Below, piece by piece: positions 19,452 through 30,156 of a stretch of DNA of 64,000 bases. The translations under genes were made by a program, and so were the position numbers. The notes beneath the pieces are model-generated. The model searched no databases. It was not told where the DNA came from and saw only the letters and a list, made by a program, of their open reading frames with translations. Origin of the DNA: Terriglobia bacterium (GTDB lineage: Bacteria; Acidobacteriota; Terriglobia; 2-12-FULL-54-10). The DNA is taken from the NCBI GenBank assembly GCA_963666975.2, contig CAXVYR010000003.1, positions 1,056,001-1,120,000 on the forward strand, written 5' to 3'. Positions within the stretch are counted from its first letter, which is position 1; each line of letters begins with the position of its first letter.

Positions 19452-20927
19452 CTACACCACTCCGGCGAAGACCACCGATTTCGGCTCGAAATAGTATTCC
19501 AGAGCTTCCGGCCCATGCTCCCGGCCGATGCCGCTCTGCTTCACGCCGCCGAAGGGCAGCTCGTCATAGCCGTAATGCAGCGAGTTGATCCAGGTCACAC
19601 CCGCCTGGATGCGCATTGCCGCCCGGTTTGCTTTGACCAAGTCTTGCGTCCAGATGGAAGACCCCAGGCCATAGATGGAGCTGTTGGCCAGCTCGATGGC
19701 ATGGTCGATGTCTTTCACGCGGAAGATCGGCAAGGCAGGTCCGAAGCATTCTTCCTGCACGATGCGGGCATCGTGCGGAACATTTTCGAGCAGCGTCGCT
19801 TCATAGAAATTGTTGGTCTTGAATCCGGGAACCTGCTTTCCGCCAACCAGAATTTTGCCCCCGCGGCTCACAGCATCCTCCACCTGTTCCTGCACTTCCT
19901 TGCGCTGCGCTTCGGTGTGCAGCGGGCCGAGGCGCGTGTCTTTGACGGTGCCTTCGCCCACCTTCAGCTTTTTGGCCTTGCCAACGAGCAATTCGATGAA
20001 CTTGTCCGCCACGGACTCGAACACGTAGAGACGCTTGATAGCCAGGCACGCCTGGCCACAGTTGTAGAAGCGGCCTACGGATGCCATGGTGGCGGCACGG
20101 CCCAGGTCGGCGTCGTCGCAAACAATCATGGGATCGCTGCCGCCCAGCTCCAGCGTCACGCGCTTGAAATCCCTTCCGGCCACCTCCATGATGTGCTTGC
20201 CCGTGTCGGACGCGCCGGTGAAGGCCACGCGGCGGACCTTGGGGTTGGAAATCAACTCCTCGCCGGCCGTGCTGCCGGGTCCCGTGACGATGCTCAGGAC
20301 GCCTTTCGGCAGACCCGCCTGGTTCATCAATTCAACCACCCGGATCGCCGTGACGGGAGTGCTGCTGGCGGGCTTGATGACCATCGTGTTGCCGCCTGCC
20401 AGCGCCGGGCCGATCTTGGTGCCGGTCAGGGTAATGGGAAAATTCCAGGGAGAGATGCCCACGCAGACGCCGACGGGACGTTTCAGCACCAGACCGTAGG
20501 CCCCCTTGTTCGGGAAACTCGGCAGCGGCACGTAGTCGCTGCGCACCTTCGACGCCAGGGCGGCGTAAAAGGCGATCCCGTGCAGGTAATGCTCGATCTC
20601 GGTCTTGGCTTCGCTGACCGGCTTGCCCTGCTCCTGGCAAAGCGACAGCGCCAGCTCGTCGATGGCGTCATGGGTGATGTCATGCGCTTTGTTCAAAATC
20701 CGGGAACGTTCCTCGGCTGTGGTCTCCGACCACTGCTCCAGGGCCGCTTCGGCGGCGTCAACAGCCCTCCGCGCGTCAGCGGCATTCGCTTTGGGCACCG
20801 TGGCGACCACCTCGCCGGTGGCGGGGTTGCGAACTTCCGCGCGGTCTCCGCTGGCGGAGTCCACCGACTCCCCGTCAATAAACATCTTCATATCTTTTTT
20901 TGTTCCCGTCGCTGTAGCGTTACTCAT
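19452..20927 (-). CDS. Aldehyde dehydrogenase (paralogue of the adjacent gene)
   Basis: PWNFP, KPAS, FTGA, LELGGSDP, NCGQAC, EECFGP, PFGGVKQSG. Confidence 0.95.
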   Translation of the reverse strand: MSNATATGTKKDMKMFIDGESVDSASGDRAEVRNPATGEVVATVPKANAADARRAVDAAEAALEQWSETTAEERSRILNKAHDITHDAIDELALSLCQEQGKPVSEAKTEIEHYLHGIAFYAALASKVRSDYVPLPSFPNKGAYGLVLKRPVGVCVGISPWNFPITLTGTKIGPALAGGNTMVIKPASSTPVTAIRVVELMNQAGLPKGVLSIVTGPGSTAGEELISNPKVRRVAFTGASDTGKHIMEVAGRDFKRVTLELGGSDPMIVCDDADLGRAATMASVGRFYNCGQACLAIKRLYVFESVADKFIELLVGKAKKLKVGEGTVKDTRLGPLHTEAQRKEVQEQVEDAVSRGGKILVGGKQVPGFKTNNFYEATLLENVPHDARIVQEECFGPALPIFRVKDIDHAIELANSSIYGLGSSIWTQDLVKANRAAMRIQAGVTWINSLHYGYDELPFGGVKQSGIGREHGPEALEYYFEPKSVVFAGVV

Positions 20928-21061
20928 CCACTCCTCCTGTGTAAAATAAATTCAAGATGCTGGGGACTCCGCGAAACCCGGCCCGAGGAAGAATACCGCC
21001 GTCCGGGTCGCCGGCTACCCGCCAGAAAACTGGGCGATCCGTTGTAATATTCAGTGAAACG

Positions 21062-21847
21062 TCAAGCGCCTTTGTAGACCGCCTGACGCCGCTCCAAAAA
21101 TGCGCTGACCCCTTCTTTGGCATCCGCGCTCTCGTAAAGTTGCTGGAGCGTTTCGTGCTCGATCAAAATTCCTTCTGAAATGGAGGTCTCCAGGCTGGCC
21201 CTCGCCGCCAGCTTAATACGGCCAACCGCCTTGGACGCTTTATTGGGCGGGACAAACTGGCGGGCGAAAGCAAGCACCTCCTCCCAGTAACCTTCCGGCT
21301 CATAGACATAGCTCACTACGCCGAGATCCAGGGCCTCATCAAAAGTCATGGCGCGGCCCGTGGCAATCAACTCCACGGCGCGGGCATACCCGATCAAGCG
21401 CGGCAAGCGTTGCGTGCCTCCCACGCCCGGCTGCAGCCCGAGATTCACCTCCGGCAGTCCAACCCGCCCGGCGTCCCGCTTGGCAATGCGGATGTCACAG
21501 GCCAGGGCGATCTCCAGGCCTCCTCCCATGGTGTGTCCGTTGAGGGCGGCGATCACCAGCTTGGGGGTCATCTCCAGCCGCCTGGCGGTTTCGTTGGCGT
21601 GAAGCGAGAAGTAATAAAAGTGGTGGGACGATTTCTCCGCCAGCATTTTGATGTTGGCGCCGCCTGAGAAAAACTTCTCTCCTTTGCCCCGCAGGATCAG
21701 GCAGTGGACGTTCTCGTCCATGCGCGCTTCGAGGATCGCCTCGTCCAGATCGCGCATCATCTCATAGCCATAGGCATTGGCGGGCGGATCGTTTAGTTCC
21801 AGGACGGCGATTCCATCTTTGGTGGAATAATCGACTAATTTACCCAT
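21062..21847 (-). CDS. Enoyl-CoA hydratase/isomerase (crotonase family)
   Basis: FSGGANI, GHTMGGGLEIALACDIR, GLPEVNLG...GGTQRLPRLIG. Confidence 0.92.
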   Translation of the reverse strand: MGKLVDYSTKDGIAVLELNDPPANAYGYEMMRDLDEAILEARMDENVHCLILRGKGEKFFSGGANIKMLAEKSSHHFYYFSLHANETARRLEMTPKLVIAALNGHTMGGGLEIALACDIRIAKRDAGRVGLPEVNLGLQPGVGGTQRLPRLIGYARAVELIATGRAMTFDEALDLGVVSYVYEPEGYWEEVLAFARQFVPPNKASKAVGRIKLAARASLETSISEGILIEHETLQQLYESADAKEGVSAFLERRQAVYKGA

Positions 21848-22119
21848 TCGGTTGCTCCTCAGTCAGTATTAAGAATTCAAGGATTCAGTAAAACGGAGAG
21901 AACTTGCTTCCCTACAACGAGCTTCCACCCGGTAGCCTACAGAAGCTGCTCGGTGGGGACAACTTCCAACGGTCTTCTTCAGGGTGCTGGCGAATTTTAG
22001 AGGATATCACACAAGCAGGCGGGTCTTCTACCGTGAAATACCAACCAGCAGCGTACCCGCCCCGTGGCGCCGGCTCTCCGGCGGTCCCGTCTCGCGGGAA
22101 TGCTTCCCGAAAAAGCCAA

Positions 22120-23859
22120 CTATTGGAATTCAAAAGTGTAAGGCATCCAGGCCCATAACGGCGTGGCAGCCATACTCTCCAGCCGCCTCCACTGGGCAAG
22201 CCAATCGGAGAGCCCTGCAGGCAAATCCAGCGCCTGACCTCGAACCCTGCTGAGCACCAACTGGAAAAGCGATTTCCTCTTTGGATATTCCACCAGCTCG
22301 ACCGGCGCATCCGGAGGAATCCCTGCCTTTTCCTTCAGCAACTCCATGGCCCGCGCAAAACCGCCCAGCTCATCGATCAGACCATTCTGCTGCGCCTGTT
22401 CCCCCGTCCAGACACGGCCTTGGGCCAGTTGGTCCACCGCTTCCGGAGTCATATTTCGGGCTGCGCCGACTCGGGCAAGAAATTTGTCGTAAAAATCCTT
22501 CATCAGGGCGCGGATCCGTTCCCTTTCCTGCGGAGTATAAGAATCATAGTCGGAATCCATCCGGGCGAAATCGCCCCGGCTGATGATCTCTTTATGAATG
22601 CCCACCTTGTCGTAGAAACCTTTCAGATTCAGTTTTCCATAGACGATGCCGATCGAGCCCGTAATGGTTCCCGGCTCGGCCACGATGGGATCGCCGGTCA
22701 TGGCGATGTAGTAACCGCCGGAAGCAGCCGTATCGGACATGGAGATCACCACCGGTTTTTTCTCCCGCAGCAGGACCATGCACCTCCAGATTTCATCCGA
22801 CGCCAGCGCGTCTCCTCCCGGACTGTCGATGCGCACGATGACTCCTTTGATCGAATCGTCTTCCCGCACCGTTTCCAAAACATCAGCCATAGTCCGCGCT
22901 CCCAAGGTTTTCCCCGATGGGAGCAGCTCGTAGTCTTCCTCGCCCGCGGTAATGTTGCCGACGGCGTAGACCACGGCAATCCGCTCTCCTCCATCCAACC
23001 CCACTTGCGAGGCGGGAACCCTGCGATATTTCCCCATCGCCATTTTGTGGAACTCCTTGTTCTGATTTTCGTTTTCGAGCTGGTCGAAAACCTGGTCTTC
23101 GTACAGCAGTTGATCCGCTAAGCCCAGCAGCAAGGCACGGTCCGACTCAAAAGGCCCGGATTGCTCCATCAGCGAACGGACCTCTTCGACAGAGCGATGG
23201 CGAGCCGCAGCCACCGTTGTCACAAAATTGCCATAGATGCTGTCCAGCAAGGAAGTCGTCGCCTCGCGAAAAGCCCTGCTCATGCGGTTGTCGGTAAATT
23301 GGTCGGAAAAATTCTTGTAGTCTCCAATGTGCTCCAAATCGGCCTGGACTCCGAGCTTTCCCAGGGTGTCTTTGAAAAACATCACCTCGGCCCGCATCCC
23401 CTTCAGGTTGAGAAAGCCCGCCGGAGACAAGAAAATTTTATCGGCAACCGAAGCCAGAAAATATTCCTTGGTCCCCGCCACGTGGAGCAGTGCTGCCACG
23501 GTCTTGCACTGCCGCTGAAATTCCTCCAGGGTCCTTCGGAGCTGTTGCAGCTTCCCCCATCCCATACGCAGGCTGGAAGGCTTTACCACGATGCCGGTGA
23601 TCCGGGAATCGGCTCCGGCCTTTTGGATGTTCTGTATCAAAGAAAGGAAATTGGAACCCCGGCCCTCTCCGAAGATTTCTTCCAGCAAATCAGGCTGGAC
23701 CTGCTCGGGAATATCTCCGCTCAGCTCCAGAATCAAGGTGGTATTCTCCAGAACCTCCGGCGGCCTCTGGCCGATTCGCCACGCGATGATGCTTCCCGCG
23801 ACGAGGAGAACCGTCATCAACAAGACGCCGGTCATCAGACCCCAAAACCATTTTTTCAT
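22120..23859 (-). CDS. sppA: Signal peptide peptidase SppA, 67K type
   Basis: N-terminal TM; two S49 domains, RIDSPGG, AASGGYY, TGSIG, QGRVWTG. Confidence 0.92.
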   Translation of the reverse strand: MKKWFWGLMTGVLLMTVLLVAGSIIAWRIGQRPPEVLENTTLILELSGDIPEQVQPDLLEEIFGEGRGSNFLSLIQNIQKAGADSRITGIVVKPSSLRMGWGKLQQLRRTLEEFQRQCKTVAALLHVAGTKEYFLASVADKIFLSPAGFLNLKGMRAEVMFFKDTLGKLGVQADLEHIGDYKNFSDQFTDNRMSRAFREATTSLLDSIYGNFVTTVAAARHRSVEEVRSLMEQSGPFESDRALLLGLADQLLYEDQVFDQLENENQNKEFHKMAMGKYRRVPASQVGLDGGERIAVVYAVGNITAGEEDYELLPSGKTLGARTMADVLETVREDDSIKGVIVRIDSPGGDALASDEIWRCMVLLREKKPVVISMSDTAASGGYYIAMTGDPIVAEPGTITGSIGIVYGKLNLKGFYDKVGIHKEIISRGDFARMDSDYDSYTPQERERIRALMKDFYDKFLARVGAARNMTPEAVDQLAQGRVWTGEQAQQNGLIDELGGFARAMELLKEKAGIPPDAPVELVEYPKRKSLFQLVLSRVRGQALDLPAGLSDWLAQWRRLESMAATPLWAWMPYTFEFQ

Positions 23860-24057
23860 CTTGACCTCCGATGGCTTTCCGCCGGAAAGATTTTTTTGCG
23901 ATCCCGGCTTGGCAAATCTCCAGCCAGGAAGCTTTCGTTCACTGGCTGGCGTTCACTGGCCGACGCTCACCGCCCGGCCAGGCTCACCGGACAGGACGGA
24001 AACCCGGATGGACAATACCCCACGGCGATGGTTCGAAGCATTCCTGCGCCACGAACC

Positions 24058-25233
24058 CTACTGGAGTTTGACGGCCGATTGCGAATGAACCGTGGGGAGA
24101 GGAACCTGCTCTGCGATCCGGATGCCATAGGCTTCCAAGGCCACCACCCTGCGCGGGTGATTCGTAAGCAATCGGACAGACTGTAGTTTTAAATCAGATA
24201 ATATCTGGGCGCCAATGCCGGATTCGTGCTGAATCTTCCGGCTTTGAGCCGGTTCACTTTTTTCTGTAAACTGGCGTCCATGCGCGACCAGCCGCGCCCC
24301 GCCCTCCGGCAGCTTATCCAACTGAAAGCCGCGGCCCGTCTGGTGCAAATACAGAAGCACTCCCCGGCCCTCCTGCCCGATCTTTTCCATCGACTTCCAG
24401 ATCATCTCATGGCAGTCACATCCGCTCGATGCAAAGACGTCCCCCATTACACAATGTGAATGGACGCGCACCAGCACCGGAGTCTTTCCGGCCACCTCGC
24501 CCATGACCAGGGCCAAATGAATTTCCGGGTCAATATCCGACTGGTAGGCGATCATTCGGAAAGCGCCGAACTTCGTGGGCATTTCCGCTTCACCGATCCG
24601 GCGAATATAGCGCTCCGTGCGCAAACGATAACGAATCAGGTCCGCCACCGTAATCATCCGCATCCCGTGCCGGCGGCCAAATTCCTGCAGTTCAGGGACG
24701 CGCGACATGGATCCGTCATCGCTCATAATTTCGCAGATGACACCCGCCGGAACCAAGCCCGCTAAACGGGCCATGTCCACCGAAGCCTCCGTTTGCCCGG
24801 CGCGCACCAGCACGCCTCCATTGCGGGCCAGCAGGGGAAAGACGTGTCCCGGGCGGGCTAAATCAGAAGGCCGCGTAGCCGGATCGATGGCGGTTTGGAT
24901 CGTGCGGGCGCGGTCCGCGGCGGAGATCCCGGTGGTCGTGCCGAACTTCGCATCGATGGTTTCACCGAACGCAGTGCCAAAGCTGGCGGTATTGTTCGAC
25001 ACCATTTGCGGAATTCGCAGATGATCGAGCCTTTGTTCGGTCAGCGCCAGGCAGATCAACCCCCGGCCATACTTTGCCATAAAGTTGATTGCCTCCGGCG
25101 TCACCTTGTCGGCCGCCAGGGTGAGGTCGCCTTCGTTCTCGCGGTCCTCATCGTCCACCACAATCACCATTCGGCCGCTGCGGATGTCCTCCACGGCTTC
25201 TTCAATCGGTGCAAACAGGGATTTTTCGCTCAT
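24058..25233 (-). CDS. ribBA: DHBP synthase fused to a GTP cyclohydrolase II-like domain (C-terminal half degenerate)
   Basis: [40 protein letters not shown]; RVHSHC...CDC, GIGAQIL, LLTN. Confidence 0.88.
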   Translation of the reverse strand: MSEKSLFAPIEEAVEDIRSGRMVIVVDDEDRENEGDLTLAADKVTPEAINFMAKYGRGLICLALTEQRLDHLRIPQMVSNNTASFGTAFGETIDAKFGTTTGISAADRARTIQTAIDPATRPSDLARPGHVFPLLARNGGVLVRAGQTEASVDMARLAGLVPAGVICEIMSDDGSMSRVPELQEFGRRHGMRMITVADLIRYRLRTERYIRRIGEAEMPTKFGAFRMIAYQSDIDPEIHLALVMGEVAGKTPVLVRVHSHCVMGDVFASSGCDCHEMIWKSMEKIGQEGRGVLLYLHQTGRGFQLDKLPEGGARLVAHGRQFTEKSEPAQSRKIQHESGIGAQILSDLKLQSVRLLTNHPRRVVALEAYGIRIAEQVPLPTVHSQSAVKLQ

Positions 25234-25514
25234 TGTTTAAGAATCCCTTGGACTCTCTTGCGCTTCGGGAGCTACGACCCTCCCGCCCCGCCTGTAGTCT
25301 TCAATTATAGCCTAAGAGTGCCGTCCTTCGAACGCCCTGAAAGATCCAAGCGTTTTCCATGCCTGCCCCATCCGGCTGCCCTGCTCCTCTTATTTGCTGG
25401 TTTACATCTGGGCTGCTTGACACCTTGGTTACCTGACACCTGGGCCGGTTGACACCTGACAAGGATGGCCCATACAATCGGACGCAGGCAGCACGGGAAA
25501 GCATCGGCTTCGGC

Positions 25515-26972
25515 ATGATCTCTTTTTACAACACCCTGACCGGACGAGTGGAAGAATTTGTCCCGCTGGAGGAAGGGCGGGTTCGCCTCTACACCTGCGG
25601 TCCGACAGTTTACGATTATGCTCACATCGGCAACTATCGCAGCTTTCTTTTCGGCGACATCCTGCGGCGGCACTTGCGGCGTAGCGGCTTCGAGCTTCTC
25701 CACGTGATGAATATCACCGACGTCGATGACAAAACGATCCGTAACGCTGCGGCAGCCGGACAGACTTTGACCGAATATACCGACCGCTTCATTGAGGCTT
25801 TCTTTGAAGACTCTCGCAAGCTGCGCCTGGAAAAACCCGAAAAGGTGGCGCGGGCCACCGAGCACATCCCCGATATGGTGCAAACCATCCGCCAGCTGGG
25901 AGAAAAAGGTTTCACCTATTCCAGCGAAGGCTCCGTCTATTTTCGCATCGCCAATTTCCCGCAGTACGGCAAACTCTCCAAGATCGACATCTCCGGTATG
26001 CGGCCCGGAACCCGCATGGACCAGGACGAATATGAAAAAGCGGATGTCCGGGATTTTGTCCTCTGGAAAGCTCCCAAGCCGGGCGAACCGTCTTGGGAAA
26101 CCGAACTGGGCCCCGGACGGCCGGGCTGGCACATTGAGTGCTCCGTGATGGCCAACAAATACCTCGGCGAGAGCTTTGACATCCATGCCGGAGGGGCTGA
26201 CCTGATCTTCCCACATCATGAAAATGAAATTGCGCAATCCGAGGCGCTCTCCGGAAAAACGTTTGCACGCTATTGGCTCCACTGTGAACACCTGCTGGTC
26301 GACGGGCAAAAGATGTCCAAGTCCGTGGGCAACTACTTCACGCTGCGCGATCTGCTCCAGCAAGGACACACGGCGGAATCCATCCGGTATCTTCTGGCTT
26401 CGGTTCCTTACCGCAGACAGCTCAACTTCACCGCCGACGGTTTGAGGCAGGCTGCTCAGTCCATCGAGCGGCTGAAGAACTTCCAGTTTCGCTTGTCGCA
26501 CAGCTCTTTCCCCAAGGGAACAAACGCCGAAATCGCGGCCAAGACAACCGCTTTCCCCGGCTTGCTCCGCAAGGCTATGGACGACGACCTGAACACGGCC
26601 CAAGCGATGGGAGTGTTGTTCGAGTTGGTGAGAACCGTCAATACGGCAGTTGACCGGGGAGAGTTTCGGAGAGAGAACACCCAGCCTGCTCTGAACTGCC
26701 TGTCGCAGTGGAATGAAATTTTTGAAGTGCTGCCCAAACAAACGAGTGATCGACAAGCGCAAGGTTATGTTGCAGTCGGGGAAGACTCCGCCCAGGCTTC
26801 TGCGGGAAACAACGGGATGGGGTCCGCTGAAATTGAGGCTAAATTACAGGAGCGTACCGCAGCGCGCCGGCAAAGGAACTTTGCTCTGGCAGACCGTATC
26901 CGGGACGAATTAAGCGCCGCCGGTATCCTGATTGAAGACACTAAAGACGGGATGCGATGGCAACGGAAATAA
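25515..26972 (+). CDS. cysS: Cysteinyl-tRNA synthetase
   Basis: YTCGPTVYDYAHIGN, TDVDDK, DFVLWK, GRPGWHIECS, FPHHENE, KMSKS. Confidence 0.97.
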   Translation: MISFYNTLTGRVEEFVPLEEGRVRLYTCGPTVYDYAHIGNYRSFLFGDILRRHLRRSGFELLHVMNITDVDDKTIRNAAAAGQTLTEYTDRFIEAFFEDSRKLRLEKPEKVARATEHIPDMVQTIRQLGEKGFTYSSEGSVYFRIANFPQYGKLSKIDISGMRPGTRMDQDEYEKADVRDFVLWKAPKPGEPSWETELGPGRPGWHIECSVMANKYLGESFDIHAGGADLIFPHHENEIAQSEALSGKTFARYWLHCEHLLVDGQKMSKSVGNYFTLRDLLQQGHTAESIRYLLASVPYRRQLNFTADGLRQAAQSIERLKNFQFRLSHSSFPKGTNAEIAAKTTAFPGLLRKAMDDDLNTAQAMGVLFELVRTVNTAVDRGEFRRENTQPALNCLSQWNEIFEVLPKQTSDRQAQGYVAVGEDSAQASAGNNGMGSAEIEAKLQERTAARRQRNFALADRIRDELSAAGILIEDTKDGMRWQRK

Positions 26973-27135
26973 TGGCAACGGAAATAGCGAATTAGCCTGC
27001 GCAGTGCTTCCGAGAACCTGACAGCTCTTTTTTCCTCCCCCTTTTCCAGCCGGCTTTTACGCACTTACCGGCAAGCATTCTCTGGCCGCCATACTCCCGG
27101 AAAACTATTATCCTGCAATCGGAATGGAGGAAGGC

Positions 27136-28494
27136 ATGGCCACATTGAAGAATGCATTGCTGCCACTCATCCAGACAAGACTGCCGGGCCCTCGTGCAAA
27201 AAAGGTGCTCCAGGCCGACCAACAGTACGTTTCTCCTTCCTACACGCGCAGCTATCCTTTGGTCGCCAAGCGCGGGCGAGGCGCATTGGTGGAAGACGTC
27301 GATGGGAACCGTTTCCTGGATTTTACCGCTGGCATCGGCGTGGTTGCCACCGGGCACTGTCACCCCAAAGTGGTACAGGCCATCAAAAAGCAGGCGGCCG
27401 AATTGATCCACATGTCCGGAACCGATTTCTACTATCCCGGTCTGGCGGAGATGGCGCGCAAGCTCTCCCTGCTTGCTCCCGGCGCAGGCCCTAAGCGAGT
27501 CTATTTCGGCAACTCCGGCACGGAAGCGGTGGAAGCAGCCATGAAGCTGGCACGATTCTACACCGGGCGCAGCCAGTTCATCGCGTTCACCAACTCCTTT
27601 CACGGCCGCACGCTGGGCGCTCTCTCCCTCACCGCCAGCAAGCCGGTGCAGCGCCGCGGGTTCGGACCGCTCATACCGGGTGTCACACACATCCCATATG
27701 CCAACTGCTACCGCTGTGCCTATGGCCTGGAATTGAACAACTGCGGCATCCATTGCGCGCGCGTCATTGAAGAGCGGTTGTTTCAGACTACCGTGCCCAG
27801 CCAGGAGGTCGCGGCCATCATCGTGGAGCCGATTCAGGGGGAAGGCGGTTACGTGGTTCCGCCCCGCGAGTTCCTGCACGAGCTGCGCCGCATCTGCGAC
27901 AAGCACGGAATCCTGCTGGTGGCCGACGAGGTGCAATCCGGCATGGGACGGACCGGCAAGATGTGGGCTTGCCAGCATTTTGGCGTGGTCCCCGATATTA
28001 TTTGTGTCGGCAAAGGGATCGCTTCCGGCCTGCCATTGAGCGCGATTGTGAGCCCTGCGAAGATCATGGACTGGCCTCCTGGTTCGCATGCCTCCACGTT
28101 CGGCGGCAATCCGGTTTCCCTCGCCGCCTCGCTGGCTACCATTGAGTTGCTGGAAAAAAAGTATGTGGCCAACGCAGCCCGCATGGGCCGCCTCCTGCTG
28201 GACCAGCTGAAGGAGTGGCCCCAGAGGCATCGCTTGGTCGGCGACATCCGCGGCAAAGGCCTGATGCTGGGAATCGAACTGGTCAAGAATCGCCAAACCA
28301 AGGAACCCGCGCCCAAAGAAAGAGACAGGCTGATCCAACTGGCTTTTAAGAAGGGCCTCTTGGTGCTGGGCTGCGGGGTAAGCACCCTCCGTTTGATGCC
28401 GCCCTTGACGATCAACCGAAGCCAGGCCGAGTTTGCAGTGCGGCTACTGGATCGCTGCCTGAGCCAAATCGAAGGACAAAGCGGAGGCCGTTAA
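27136..28494 (+). CDS. Class III PLP aminotransferase (4-aminobutyrate/acetylornithine type)
   Basis: LDFTAGIGV, NSGTEAVEAA, FHGRT, EPIQGEGG, DEVQSGMGRTG, GKG, STFGGNP. Confidence 0.93.
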   Translation: MATLKNALLPLIQTRLPGPRAKKVLQADQQYVSPSYTRSYPLVAKRGRGALVEDVDGNRFLDFTAGIGVVATGHCHPKVVQAIKKQAAELIHMSGTDFYYPGLAEMARKLSLLAPGAGPKRVYFGNSGTEAVEAAMKLARFYTGRSQFIAFTNSFHGRTLGALSLTASKPVQRRGFGPLIPGVTHIPYANCYRCAYGLELNNCGIHCARVIEERLFQTTVPSQEVAAIIVEPIQGEGGYVVPPREFLHELRRICDKHGILLVADEVQSGMGRTGKMWACQHFGVVPDIICVGKGIASGLPLSAIVSPAKIMDWPPGSHASTFGGNPVSLAASLATIELLEKKYVANAARMGRLLLDQLKEWPQRHRLVGDIRGKGLMLGIELVKNRQTKEPAPKERDRLIQLAFKKGLLVLGCGVSTLRLMPPLTINRSQAEFAVRLLDRCLSQIEGQSGGR

Positions 28495-28508
28495 GCGAGG
28501 GAAGCAGC

Positions 28509-28988
28509 ATGAAAACCGTTGCCCAGCTTTGGCAGGGTGGGTGGCAGAGGATGGTCCGAAGGGCGTCCCAGGCGCTCCTGCGCAGGAAAATGCTTACTCC
28601 CGAGGCGCTTGTCGGGCGACAGGGCGAGGAGGCAGCGTATTGGTATCTGCGCCGGCAAGGGTATGTCATGGTGGAGAGAAACTATCATCCACCGGGACTG
28701 CATAGTGAAATCGACCTGATTGGCTGGGAAAAAAACGTGTTGGTTTTTGTGGAGGTCAAGACCCGCAGCGACAAAGCCCTGCGACAGCCTGAGGCGGCGG
28801 TGGACCTGGAAAAACGGCGTAACGTAACCGCCGCAGCCCGCGCTTACCGGAAACGGGCAAATCAATTAGCCACACCGTTTCGTTTCGACATCATCAGTGT
28901 TAGTGTTACGGCAGCCCCGGCAGGCATGCAAATCCAGCACTTCCGCGATGCCTTTCAAGAAGAACTATCCTCTCCGCACAGCTTCTGA
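28509..28988 (+). CDS. YraN/UPF0102 family protein
   Basis: GRQGEEAA, ERNY, EIDLI, LVFVEVKTR, FRFDII. Confidence 0.88.
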   Translation: MKTVAQLWQGGWQRMVRRASQALLRRKMLTPEALVGRQGEEAAYWYLRRQGYVMVERNYHPPGLHSEIDLIGWEKNVLVFVEVKTRSDKALRQPEAAVDLEKRRNVTAAARAYRKRANQLATPFRFDIISVSVTAAPAGMQIQHFRDAFQEELSSPHSF

Positions 28989-29242
28989 CCCGGATTGCCG
29001 TTATGAAATTCCGAAGCTAACCTTTTCAGGTGCGCAGAAGCGGTCGGGCCGGATAAGTGTTATCGGCAAGGCAGGCAGGGGCGGGCAAACCCCGTACCGC
29101 GACTCCGACGAACAGCCAAAATGAGCCGCACTACCACCGCAAAGAGGCCAGAGCGATTTGCACTTGACACGACAGGGTAGGAGGCACAGGTTTTCGGGTG
29201 ACAGATTTTGGATAAAAGTGAAGCTCAATATGGAAATTCCGG
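28989..29242 (+). mobile_element. IS1380-derived MITE (both ends, no transposase)
   Basis: Left CCCGGATTGCCGTTATGAAATTCCGAAGCTAACC resembles the left end at 43563; right CTTGACACGACAGGG...GAAGCTCAATATGGAAATTCCGG resembles the ends at 39925 and 43028. Confidence 0.75.
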
Positions 29243-29364
29243 CTATAATCTCACCGCGTAGCCTGGGGGTATCGAAATCGTTGAGCAGGTCGCAGGCGGC
29301 ACAAACGGGATCATCCACCGGGTTTTGAGGGGAAAGGAACGATCTTGCGCAGATAGGAGACTGA

Positions 29365-29820
29365 ATGCTTGAAGCACGCTATGCGCCTGGCAAGTCGGCA
29401 CTGATCCTCGCTATTGGCCTGGGCGCAATTGCTCTCAATACGGCTTTTTATCTTTTTTCATCCTCCCACTATCCCGTGCTCTGGATATTTGGCGTGGCGG
29501 CAGCCGGGATCGGGGGGCGTGCCCTGGATCGACGTGTCAAGCTCCGCATCGGACCGGAGGGGATTTTCTACGCATCGTGGGGAGGGCAGCCGATTCTATG
29601 GAGCGAGTTCGAAGGGTTCGCCATCTCCAGGCAACAAAACGTCGTAGTCGAGGCGCGCGTAAAACAGCCTGATCAGTTTCGCGCTCGACTACCTCTTTCG
29701 GCGAGACTTGATGCCTGGCTCAACCCACGATTTGGGCGTCCGCCATTCTCTATCAATCCCACTCAACTGGACCAATCGGCTGAGAAGATTCTTGAGGCGC
29801 TGGGAAACCACCGCGGATAG
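29365..29820 (+). CDS. Hypothetical membrane protein (two TM helices plus PH-like domain, STM3941-like)
   Basis: AGGAG RBS; LRIGPEGIF...ILWSEFEG pattern. Confidence 0.6.
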   Translation: MLEARYAPGKSALILAIGLGAIALNTAFYLFSSSHYPVLWIFGVAAAGIGGRALDRRVKLRIGPEGIFYASWGGQPILWSEFEGFAISRQQNVVVEARVKQPDQFRARLPLSARLDAWLNPRFGRPPFSINPTQLDQSAEKILEALGNHRG

Positions 29821-30079
29821 GCCAAGACGAACCGTTTGGGAACTTGTGCTGGTCCTGAGCGCATTGTCTGCGCGGAAACCCATTCTAAGGTCTCTAAGGA
29901 ATATCGTATTCAATCGCGAAAGAGCAGATACACTTTCGGTGCATTCTGCATTCCCAGCATTCGTATTAAGAGTTATTCGGCTCTAAGCATAACTTCCAGG
30001 CCGGCCATCTCCGCGACACTGCCAAAGGACTGACGGAGGTCTTGTGGAGGAAACCGCCTATGTTAATATGAAGAAATGG

Positions 30080-30156
30080 GGGCGGCTAGCTCAGCATGGG
30101 AGAGCGCCTCGTTCGCAACGAGGAGGTCACCGGTTCGAGCCCGGTGCCGTCCACCA
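30080..30156 (+). tRNA. tRNA-Ala(CGC)
   Basis: GGGCGGC/GCCGTCC acceptor with G3-U70, CCTCG-TTCGCAA-CGAGG anticodon arm, GGTTCGAGCC T loop, encoded CCA. Confidence 0.96.

Noticed and set aside
18945-21047. 700-aa plus-strand ORF
   Set aside because: Antisense shadow of the ALDH genes in GC-rich DNA; no motifs.
25234-25514. FMN riboswitch or T-box between ribBA and cysS
   Set aside because: No RFN or T-box consensus recognisable.
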